Below, piece after piece: positions 1 to 19,831 of a DNA stretch of 25,461 nt (its first letter is position 1; the number at the start of each line of letters is the position of its first letter). The position numbers and the translations under genes were made by a program. The DNA is from Macrostomum lignano. Its lineage: Eukaryota. Below the pieces are notes generated by a model. That model was not told where the DNA came from, made no database searches, and was given only the letters and a program-made list of their open reading frames with translations. The DNA is taken from NCBI GenBank assembly GCA_002269645.1, contig NIVC01005126.1, forward strand, positions 1-25,461, written 5' to 3'.

Positions 1-185
1 ACAACTCACTCCCCACTCCTCGTGCAACCTCTCAGGACTCGTTGTGTTCGCCCTGGATATTTACTAAAATTCCTAACTTACATTAAACATTAAGAAAACA
101 CAATCTACTAATTTTATGCAAGTCAACCGAACTGTATATACAACAGTAACGCACTCCAACAATTTCCCTCATTTTTACAAAACAG

Positions 186-11362
<11,177 letters not shown>

Positions 11363-13082
11363 GTAAGGATCGCTCTCGGGCGAATCCATACGAGCGTATA
11401 TTATAGCATCGTCGAGACCAGCAGCAATGTAAAACGAAGTGAAGCAAAAAATGAAAAACTATGACAGCTTTGGACACCAAGCAGCTTCAGCCTACGTAGA
11501 TAAAAACATTGTTTGATTTTGAACGGTTGCCTACGAAATCTTGTTTGCCATAAGTGAAAGTAAGACATGTGTATGTCATGTTTAAACTGTTATGACACTT
11601 TATTGGTTTAAACCATAGACCTTATATTCCGTAGACCACTTGGTATGGCGGTAATTGGGAAAAAGCACTTGTGCGAAAAAGCCGACATTGGGTTGCTTAT
11701 AAATTTTAGTTCTGTAGCTTAGGGACATAGGTCTACGCTATATTTTGAGAATTAATAGAACTTCCCATGAATTGAATAAAAAGCTACTCAATCAAACTAA
11801 GAATGATGCATGAACTGCAGAGACTATTGACGAAATTGAGTTCAGTAGCTGATTTTCGCGCTGTCGCGAGTTGCAAAATTTTTTACATTTGCTTCTATGG
11901 CCACATGAGTGGTTAATGAGTGGCCCATCTTGTGTATATATGAATATAACTTTTAAATTTTCAACATTAAAATAGCCTATTTGTTGCGTAGGAAAATTCT
12001 GCATTGATAGATATAAGTCTCGCATTTGAGTTGCCAGCCGTCTAGGAGGAGATACGCGTTAAACCCGGCCGGTCGATCGATCGATCCACTCAGCTTTAGA
12101 TATAAGAGATATGATCTTTGGTTTAAACTTGTTAGCTGCCTATATGGCATATCTTAAGAGCTAACATTTTCTATCATCCCGCTGGAGGTGGCTTGAGAAG
12201 CAGGCCAAATATGAGCTACACACTGAAATATTGATTCAATGGCAAACATGCATTCGCTCGTATTAAGTGGATTCTAAAGATGTGACAGACAGCTGATAAC
12301 GGCAGTTTGTCGCGCAAAAGTAGGGAAAGCAGCACAGCACTGATGATGAGAAACTTACAATTAGAAAAAAAGAGGCTCACATGCAGTATCAAGCCAGCCA
12401 AGGATGAATTTTTCATCAGTTTTGGTTAAATATTTGTCTAAGAAAAAGCCAACGTAGAATAGCTGCTCGTTAATATGTACAAGCTACATGTCGCTGACTC
12501 GTTGCTAAGCAAACTATTCCTCGATTAATCTTTGCGTTACTGTAATGCAAGAAAAACATGGCAGTTTTGATCTGACAGACAGTTCAAACTTCCGCTTTTT
12601 GGGCGACTATCGCTAACCATGATGTGACCTATAGATTTAGGCACTGTACGCAAAGAAATTGCGAAACTTTTTTTACTTGCTTGCGAAATTGCTATACTTG
12701 TATGTTGACATATTTTACTGAAAATCTAGAAAACTGCAAGATACATGCATAAATCTATCGACAACATATATACTCAACAACATTTAAAGGTCACGTTTGA
12801 GATTGCGCAGTAAATTTTAGCTCAGTAATTTCTGAAATGGATTACATACGGCCTACCCACCTAGATACCGACAGAAGATTTTTAGTATCTAGGATACAAA
12901 CAAAAGCAAGCAAGATTTTTATTTTTAGTATATTAAGATGGAGGGTGGCGACTTTTCAATGTTGCTGAGTATACATGTAATCCACAGCTTTTAATTTACA
13001 AGTGTAAGTTCTTTAAAAAAGGAGAATTTAGAACAGCAAAAAGTCGGAATAAAAGTGTAGTAGAAGTTCTCAATTCTCTCTC

Positions 13083-13540
13083 AGTAGTAGGAAAGTGGTA
13101 CCCTCTACCGCCATCGCACCGGATTGGCCGGGGCACCCGGCCAATGAGGGGAGAGGGCGCCCCGAAGACGCCCACCCCGACGCCAAACCCACCCCGACCC
13201 CCAAACCCACCCCGACCCCAAACCCACCACCGCCACGCACCCAATCCCGACCCCAAACCCACGCACCCACCCCCGACCCAAACCAGGCCCCCTCCTGTCC
13301 TACACCCCTCCTGTCCTGCACCCCGTGCATCCCATACCAAGACCCCCTCCTGTCCTGCACCCCGTGCATCCCATACCAAGACCCCTTCCTGTCCTGCACC
13401 CCATGCATCCCATACCAAGACCCCCTCCTGTCCTACACCCCTCCTGTCCTGCACCCCGTGCATCCCATACCAAGACCCCCTCCTGTCCTGCACCCCATGC
13501 ATCCCATACCAAGGCCCCCTCCTATCCTACGCCTTGCCCC
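13083..13540 (+). repeat. Left terminal inverted repeat with C-rich and 39-bp minisatellites
   Basis: The first 71 bp are identical to the reverse complement of 24151-24221. Degenerate CCCCGACCCCAAACCCAC-type units follow, then about 5 copies of CATCCCATACCAAGACCCCCTCCTGTCCTGCACCCCGTG. Confidence 0.9.
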
Positions 13541-13792
13541 ATCCCATGTAGCAAGGTCCTTCTATCCTGTACCCTAACCAAAACCAATTCCCCCCTCCTA
13601 ATTCCTAAACCCAAGTCTTATTACCTGTCTCACTTACCGCCTTTAAAGCTAGCCAAGGCAAAACCCTCATTCCATGCTTTGGTTGTACTGTATCTTGCTG
13701 TGGCGGGTACAGCGTGAGGTCGTTAGACCTAGAACGCTACTTCTTGGCGGCCAGAGGGCCGCAAGAAGGTCCCGCCACCTCCTGTTACGTTG

Positions 13793-14044
13793 ATGGCTGA
13801 GACTTTGTTAAGGCCCGAGTTCCTGCGAAAGGGCTGCTGTGTGGGGGTTGGATTTGGGGTTCGGATTAGTTATTGCTATGGAACAGGAGCTGGTTTCTAA
13901 ATGGCTGAGTGGTCCCCGGAAGGGCTCCTGATTTGCCGAGAGTTCCTGCGAGAGGGCTGTTGTGTGGGGTTGGATTCGGGGTTCGGATTGGTTATTGCTA
14001 TGGAGCGGGAGCTGGTGTTACTTACCAACTCTCGTCGTATATAA
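13793..14044 (+). other. Two tandem paralogous micro-ORFs (13793-13900, 35 aa; 13901-14044, 47 aa)
   Basis: Both start ATGGCTGAG and share EFLR(K/E)GCCVG. A ~78-bp direct repeat underlies them. Coding status is unproven. Confidence 0.35.
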
Positions 14045-14045
14045 T
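13987..14045 (+). promoter_or_regulatory. Putative Pol II promoter of the PC4-like gene
   Basis: ATTGG (reverse CCAAT) at 13987-13991 and TATATAAT at 14038-14045, 46 nt upstream of ATG 14084. Confidence 0.5.
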
Positions 14046-14083
14046 CTCGCACACAGCCGGAAGGAAAGCTCACAGTGAACAAA

Positions 14084-14521
14084 ATGAACTTCAAGACATT
14101 ATCGAACAGATTTCGAATCGGCGTCAGGTCGCACTCGAAGTGCATCAGCATCAGAAAGTGGTACAAATTTGATGAAGAGTATCGACCAGGTCTGCCTGGC
14201 ATGGAGCTCACCGTCCACCAGTTTTGCCACTTGGGCAGCCTGAAGGAACGACTGGAAGAGTTTGCAAGAAAGTGTATCGATGCGCAATGCCTTCTGGGTG
14301 GCAACAGGCAAGTGGTTGTGCAAAATGGCGTAATCACACTCTGGCGCCTTCCAACTGTACTCGGACCGCCGGTGCACCTAAGGCACGCCTTACCGCTTCC
14401 TACTACACTTTGGCGCGAAGTCTGGGCTCAAAAGCAATGGGTCCTAGACAAAATGACAAGCGAGAGCCTCCGGTCGAGCCACCGATCGGCGATCCATGGG
14501 ATACCACCCTACGGAATCTGA
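14084..14521 (+). CDS. PC4/Sub1 (transcriptional coactivator p15)-like ssDNA-binding protein, probably two PC4 repeats
   Basis: ISIRKWYKFDEEYRPGLPGMELTVHQFCHL aligns by eye with human PC4 [31 protein letters not shown]. A weaker second copy reads LLGGNRQVVV...LPLPTTLWREV. AAAATG start context. Confidence 0.65.
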   Translation: MNFKTLSNRFRIGVRSHSKCISIRKWYKFDEEYRPGLPGMELTVHQFCHLGSLKERLEEFARKCIDAQCLLGGNRQVVVQNGVITLWRLPTVLGPPVHLRHALPLPTTLWREVWAQKQWVLDKMTSESLRSSHRSAIHGIPPYGI

Positions 14522-14769
14522 AGTGTTCAGCATGGGCAGCAAGGCTTACGCTCGACCAACTGATGCAAGTACCTGACAGGCAGTCGGCAGATTGGGACGA
14601 CCACTGGGGGGCCTTCCAAGCAGTTCAGGCTGAATTTAGAAAGAGATTTACATTCGAAACTCTGGAAGAGCCACCAACAGCTGAGAAGAACCAACAGCCT
14701 TCATTCCACCAGCCACCAATGAAGCGACGCGCAATGCATGAAGCGACAACTGGTCATTTCGTCAAGTAA
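14437..14769 (+). CDS. Hypothetical Polinton accessory protein (~110 aa)
   Basis: The 3' part of ORF 14224-14769 has protein-like composition and overlaps the end of the PC4-like gene. The start is uncertain and no family was recognised. Confidence 0.4.
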   Translation: MGPRQNDKREPPVEPPIGDPWDTTLRNLKCSAWAARLTLDQLMQVPDRQSADWDDHWGAFQAVQAEFRKRFTFETLEEPPTAEKNQQPSFHQPPMKRRAMHEATTGHFVK

Positions 14770-15004
14770 CTTTTTTTAAATATAGTTTTGAACCATAGTA
14801 CTGATCATGCACTGTTGTATATATTGCTTTGTCAACACTGGCTATAATATTGCCCCATGATGCTTTAATTTCTTGCGATAATACCTGTTTTGTAAATACA
14901 CGTGACGGGCCTTAATACTGCCCTTCCATTCTTCATAAACTTTTTTTTGTGCTAATACGAGCTTTTAACATGTAATTTTATGCTTTGCAATCCATGGACC
15001 TGCC

Positions 15005-15080
15005 AATAAAATAAACAAAAAAAACATTTCATTTTCGTAAGCATTGTTGTACAAACACTATTGTCGCATTCGCGTTTATT
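15005..15080. terminator. Convergent polyadenylation region
   Basis: AATAAA on + (15005-15010) and on - (TTTATT at 15075-15080) in the AT-rich gap between converging gene blocks. An (ATT)n tract lies at ~15135-15159. Confidence 0.5.
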
Positions 15081-15207
15081 TTTTCTTATCTTTTGTACAC
15101 AAAAGAAATACAGAAGTAAAGTTACAGCAAAAATATTATTATTATTATTATTATTATTACTCGGTGCATAGGCAGATCTCACTACTACTGTTATGCCGTA
15201 GAGGAGC

Positions 15208-15806
15208 TCAGTCAGAGTCCAGCAAAGTAGGTTCGGATGCTTGATCTGGTAGCAAAATGCGGGAGAGGGCATCAGCTGCAGTCTGAGCCTCAACCACGCT
15301 GCGAGCACCAGCTATTATACAACGATACGAATGAAACAAAATCAACTTTACAGAGGCAGTAAACTCAAGCACAAGTCCGTTAAACATTTCCGGCTCATAG
15401 GTGGCCCGATGCGGCCATTTAGACTTGACTTCCCCCAACCGGAGTGGATGCCGACCCGCGGGAAAGGCCGTCACAGAGGTAATAGTCTTGATGCGAATCT
15501 GGGGCAGACTGGTCAATCGCAAGAAGTCCGCACACAGCTTCACAATCTTCTCCGTCTCTGCGAGAGCTTCCTCCATGCTTTTGGCTCCACAGACAGACAC
15601 TTGTCCGGTCGGATACACCAGCGCGGTTACTCGATGCTGCCCGCTCTTCATCACCACTGCCAGTGTTCGAGGATGAACCAGGCGATGGCGGATTGTGTGA
15701 TACTGAGGCAGATGAAAGTCAGGAAATTCACTAGTTGAGGCAGACCCACCCGGGTCGCCAGGTCGGCTCCTGTCACGATGTTTGTCACGCGAATTGTTGC
15801 GACCAT
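15208..15806 (-). pseudogene. TATA-binding protein (TBP)-fold gene, ~199 aa if one frameshift is repaired
   Basis: ATG 15806 gives MVATIRVTNIVTGADLATRVGL (TBP beta-1 NIV strand). After a frameshift at ~15720-15670 it continues AVVMKSGQHRVTALVYPTGQVSVCGAKSMEEA (TBP [31 protein letters not shown]) and YEPEMFNGLVLEF..VKLILFHSYRCIIAGAR (TBP YEPELFPGLIYRM..IVLLIFVSGKVVLTGAK). Confidence 0.85.
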
Positions 15807-15851
15807 CTTTAGACAATCGAGAGAAACGCCAGTGCCTGCTGCAGATCGCTA

Positions 15852-15890
15852 CTTTTATAGACCCGTAGCCGCGAGGCCGCAGCCAATCAG
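15852..15890 (-). promoter_or_regulatory. Putative promoter of the TBP-like gene: NF-Y box plus TATA box
   Basis: AGCCAATCAG on + (15881-15890) and TATAAAAG on - (15859-15852), about 50 nt upstream of ATG 15806. Confidence 0.6.
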
Positions 15891-16299
15891 CGTACAGCGC
15901 CACCTTGGCCAGGGCGCAGGGTAGCACGTACTTTGAGGCACTCGGAAAGGCTAGGTGTGCGAGGTCGTAGACAGGCTGCAGCAGCAGACGCGACAGGAAC
16001 TGGCACTTGACATCCCCCTTGCTAAATATCGGGCCTTGCAAGTGAGAGATATCGCTCCAGAGACAAGAGTAGGGTCGGAACCCACTCCTGTCCCAGTCTA
16101 GACCGTGCCGCTTATTGGTGAGCCAGTAGCAGGTTCGTCGCTGTCCTCGATCAAAGAGCTCAAAGCTGTGCGGCGGTCGGTAGCAATAGTAATGAGCCGT
16201 CGTTTGACCGCATGCAAACTCAACCCATGCAATTTCCTTAATCACAAAGTCCTCTGTTTTGTAGAGGTGCGGAAATCCTTCAAAATCAATGACAATCAT
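15860..16299 (-). CDS. DEDD/DnaQ-like 3'-5' exonuclease-family protein; currently reads through into the TBP frame
   Basis: MIVIDFEGF (DxE motif I), FVIKEIA, WLTNKRHGLDW, IFSKGDVK and CALAKVALYADWL. True ATG at 16299 overlaps the upstream stop (ATGA). The 3' boundary is inferred. Confidence 0.55.
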
Positions 16300-16892
16300 C
16301 TTGGCCACTTGATCCACTTGCCGTATCCTTTCTGAGACTGAGTCTTCTTATAGCCTTGCAGTCGAGGTTTTTTAGGACTGGACTTTTCTTCCCGAGGCTT
16401 TTCCAGCAATTTTGTAGTGTTCAGACCAACTGCAGACAGAGGCACGTGGTTTTCTTGAAGACACGTAACAAACTCATTAATCCCATTCGGTGGCTGAAGG
16501 TACTTAGAGTACGTATCTTTAACTATGAAATGCAGCAGGTCCACGATATTTGAGTTGTACAACGGTTTACCATTGACAGAAACTTCATACGTATCATCTA
16601 TGCTAATCGACTTGCACTTTACGGTTATGAAGCTAATCAATGCCTGCAGACGATGATGCCATTTCTGATTCACCGTCAGATATAAAACCTCCTTCCACTG
16701 CGGTTCTTTGTGAATTACTGGAGGCTGTTCTTGGGTCGCACTTGCCTGCAGCTGCTGCACGCAACGCTCGTCCCTAATCTTGCGCAACTGTTTTTCCGCC
16801 TCTAGCTCGGGTTCACAGACTGTCTCCATGCCCCTCTGATTCACAAGTGCCTCATACTGCAACCGGGGTACCAGTATCATTTCCTTGTACAT
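16296..16892 (-). CDS. Conserved Polinton accessory protein (PW/PZ class; exact label uncertain), 198 aa
   Basis: Intact ORF with MILVP, EVSVNGKPLYNSNIVDLL and PPNGINEFVTCLQENHVP, a pattern I recognise from Maverick/adintovirus conserved ORFs. Confidence 0.6.
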   Translation of the reverse strand: MYKEMILVPRLQYEALVNQRGMETVCEPELEAEKQLRKIRDERCVQQLQASATQEQPPVIHKEPQWKEVLYLTVNQKWHHRLQALISFITVKCKSISIDDTYEVSVNGKPLYNSNIVDLLHFIVKDTYSKYLQPPNGINEFVTCLQENHVPLSAVGLNTTKLLEKPREEKSSPKKPRLQGYKKTQSQKGYGKWIKWPR

Positions 16893-17182
16893 GTCTTTTT
16901 ATACAGGTGAGAATCAGAGGAAGACAACGAAGGATATGCGGGTGTGAGAGATTGCGCCGAGCCTCTTTCACACTTTTGCTTTGTGCAACAAGCCGGAGAG
17001 TATTTCGATATCGCCTGAGTCTCCGCTTCAAGCTATCTTCACAACAACTTTTCCTGCTAGTAGTTTATAATACACTCAACCAAAAAGCAAATGGTGCTTT
17101 TATTTGCATAGGTAAGTATGCAGCGACGCAAGGATATAGTGCCCTCACAAAAGACAGTTATTAGTGCAATGTGTTTATCCAT
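16852..17182 (-). pseudogene. Small basic Polinton conserved protein with two frameshifts
   Basis: Segments MDKHIALITVFC..RRCILTYANKSTICFLVECIINY / LAGKVVV / LKRRLRRYRNTLRLVAQSKSVKEARRNL lie in successive frames and resemble the Polinton small Arg/Lys-rich ORF family. Confidence 0.45.
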
Positions 17183-17212
17183 GTTTAACTCAGTGCAGAT
17201 ACTGAGCCATTC

Positions 17213-17875
17213 TTATAGATAAACTCGCTGCGGGGCCTCATCGGGGAGAAAATTGGCTCTCAGGCGCAGTTCATGGGGCGAAGCGGGGTGAAAATCAAGC
17301 AGCAGATAGCGCTGATCTCCATCTCGCACCAATCGATCCATCAGTTCTACTAGCAGAGTGCGCCGTTTGGGAAAGCATTGCTGACTTAAAGCTTGGACCG
17401 CAGAGGCGTCTCTGGGGTTGTTGAACAACACAATGTAGGTGCAATTTATGCTAATTGTGCGCCACTCTCTGCCTTTGAAAAATAGATTTTGCGTGATGAG
17501 AATGACAAAGCAGGGCTTGTGGTGGGCCTCACGGGTGAACAGATGTCGTAGCTCTCGACTTGCAGCTGCTTCATCCAGTAAATCGTCAATCACAATCAGG
17601 TCATGGGGCTGCAGATCCAAATTCGATAATCCTTCACATACTTGCACTCCTAGCCGCCGCAGAGTCGCGTGGAGTTCCGGCTGCGGGCATCCGTGATACC
17701 AAATCATCCGCTTGGGAGGTTGGTCGAACAGAAGCAGTCGTTGGGACAGCAACCGCAAACAGAATGTTGATTTTCCCGCTCGAGAAGGGCCCGAAACCAT
17801 CATGCAGCCTCCCATCCGCAGTCTGGAATCAAACACCTTGCAACTGATTTTTGAGTCTGAGTATGATTGCATCGT
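17213..17875 (-). CDS. A32/FtsK-like genome packaging ATPase
   Basis: Walker A GPSRAGKS, Walker B LIVIDDL, then HH..VILITQNLF and RTISINCTYIVLFNNPRD. The ORF is intact; the start is placed at an internal ATG and is uncertain. Confidence 0.92.
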   Translation of the reverse strand, partial: TMQSYSDSKISCKVFDSRLRMGGCMMVSGPSRAGKSTFCLRLLSQRLLLFDQPPKRMIWYHGCPQPELHATLRRLGVQVCEGLSNLDLQPHDLIVIDDLLDEAAASRELRHLFTREAHHKPCFVILITQNLFFKGREWRTISINCTYIVLFNNPRDASAVQALSQQCFPKRRTLLVELMDRLVRDGDQRYLLLDFHPASPHELRLRANFLPDEAPQRVYL

Positions 17876-18302
17876 TTTGAGCCACAGCTGCCGGGTGCAA
17901 AACCTTGATGAACAAGGCATTATATGACATTCTCTTATGCAGTCGATGGATCAAGTAAAAAATGCAATACCAGCCGCAAAGAGTTGACGAACTGGGCTGA
18001 ACAGGGACCGTATTCCATTGTAGCACCATCCGCGTCGGTTTAGTTTTCTTTAACCAGCTCTTCATATTTTTACTCAAGCCTCCCAAAGAGTTGAAAATTT
18101 CACAATGCACTTTACTGGTTACTACTCCAGCAATCCAGTGACCGCACTCATCATTCCATGGCTCATACAAAATGAAGCAGCAGGGTCGGCAGGTTGAATC
18201 GAAAAATGGTGTCACTGTTCCAACTGTAAAATTTCCGCAATAGGCATCCCGCACAGATGTGGGGCAGCGAGAAATGAACGCTTCCAACTCTTCGGAATTC
18301 AT
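17829..18302 (-). CDS. Adenain-like (C5) capsid maturation cysteine protease, 157 aa
   Basis: GHWIA (His), EIFNSLG, VQP (oxyanion Gln) and CGWYC (Cys). Intact ORF. Confidence 0.9.
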   Translation of the reverse strand: MNSEELEAFISRCPTSVRDAYCGNFTVGTVTPFFDSTCRPCCFILYEPWNDECGHWIAGVVTSKVHCEIFNSLGGLSKNMKSWLKKTKPTRMVLQWNTVPVQPSSSTLCGWYCIFYLIHRLHKRMSYNALFIKVLHPAAVAQNDAIILRLKNQLQGV

Positions 18303-19569
18303 GCTCTGCGATAATCCAGCAGCACATCCCTCTCTTTAGTGATTTCCATGCATGAATCATACACGCACAAGCAGATGAGTGTGACTGGCTGTGCGAGAGC
18401 GTTGGAAAAGCGAATATCCAGTCGTAGTTGACCCTGCCTATGACCAAACCAGCTGCCTACTTCATCGCCACTTGGACTAAGGTCAAACGCAAGCAGATAG
18501 GCACTATTTCGAAATTCATCAAAGCTTATGCAATATTTTCCACTGAGACTGCGGGCAAACTGCAAAAATTCGGATGAGGGCTGCTGCTGTGGTTCTATGG
18601 GCTGCCCAGTAATTGGCTCTCCATTGACAAACAGGCTTAAACTATTCAACCAAATGCTTGGAACCAAAACGGGTTGTGGTGCAGAGATCCATTGAAAGCA
18701 GTCTGGCTGACCATTCCAAGGAGCACAAATTTTGGCAGCTGACCATGCGTGATTGAATCGAGACTCTTGTTTCTTGTCCCAACAGAAAATGTGAATGTCT
18801 GAAGCTCTCTTCTATCAAAGTGGTAGAGAGCATTACGCTGTGAGAGCCCCTGTTCATGTGCGAGAGCCACTGTTGGGTTTACTCGGAGACGCCTCAAAAG
18901 CAGAATAGCATTGTCGACTTCAACACGGTATTGAACTCCATTATTGGGTACCATCAACGAAAAAGCGCTGCAGTGCCGGGTCAATTTGACCTGCAGGCTG
19001 ATTTGGTTTAGCAGATACTGCCGGATTGAGAAAATGTCTGAAAACAACGGGCCGGCATATTGCACAACAGCAGAAGCCTCATGCAATCTCGCACGATTTG
19101 TGAATCCATGATTTTGCTCCCCAATGGTGTCACTCTCTCCAGCGGTGTCTGGATAATAACCTGCGGCCGCCAGTTCTTGAAGCTGGTTGGCATTGCTGCT
19201 GGTCAGCACTTGAAGCATTGCTCGATATGGGTAGAGCTGGTCCCCACCACTCACAACCCGCTGGTTGAGTTTTACAGTGACATCACGAAACAGGCTGGCA
19301 AGCGGGAGATTCGATAGTCCGACATGGGCATCATCTTCATTAGTCAGCTCTGCATTGTTTATCACACGAGTTATCCGGCAAGTGACTTGCAGCACTGTGG
19401 CGTGCAGATCGGTGTAGTCCTCAGAGGAGGCATGGCAGTCGAATTCAATCGGTGCATCAGGAGTCGTGAGACTGCCGATGGGATGAAAGTCCATGAAGTG
19501 AGACCTATCCACTCCAATTTCATGCGTCATTGGCTCAAACAGGTTGAGCCGTGGATTTGTCCGATACAT
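18299..19569 (-). pseudogene. Double jelly-roll major capsid protein (PY), one 1-nt frameshift at ~18650, ~423 aa repaired
   Basis: LNLFEP, FHPIGSL..PIEFD, DYTDLHATVL, YPYRAML and NPFWF in ORF 18646-19569 continue as LNSLSLFVNG..LLAFDLSP..LRLDIRF in ORF 18299-18667. Confidence 0.9.
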
Positions 19570-19831
19570 TATGAGAGTGAATCGAGCACTCGGTTGACTG
19601 TTTTTAACGGTATCTTGCGCTTTTTTGTGGGCACTGGCTTGCTCTTCTTTGGTTTGATTTTTGGCGTTTTCTTATGTTTTTTCTGCGATGGAGGTGGTAT
19701 GCGGGAAAGGAGAACTGCATTTTCATGAGTCTCAGGGGGCAGTCGAGATAGCAGCGATGTGGGATATCCGTGCCATGAGGAAGTTTGAAGCAACTGCCTC
19801 GATAAAACTCGGTCACTTGTCGAATGTCCAT
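19569..19831 (-). CDS. Short Lys/Pro-rich ORF directly upstream of MCP, candidate DNA-condensing core protein (possibly frameshifted)
   Basis: KKHKKTPKIKPKKSKPVPTKKRKI; its TAA overlaps the MCP ATG (TAATG). Start and frame are uncertain. Confidence 0.4.

Noticed and set aside
13124-13144. Canonical NFI site as in the adenovirus origin
   Set aside because: TTGGC and GCCAA are 11 nt apart rather than the consensus 5.
12996-13717. Pro/Gly-rich ORFs over the left TIR (and 23762-24251 over the right TIR)
   Set aside because: Low-complexity translations of TIR minisatellites on both strands.
15044-15244. Poly-Tyr ORF
   Set aside because: Product of an (ATT)n microsatellite in the intergenic terminator region.
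18640-18670. Programmed ribosomal frameshift in MCP
   Set aside because: No slippery heptamer is visible, and a 1-nt deletion restores the normal family sequence.
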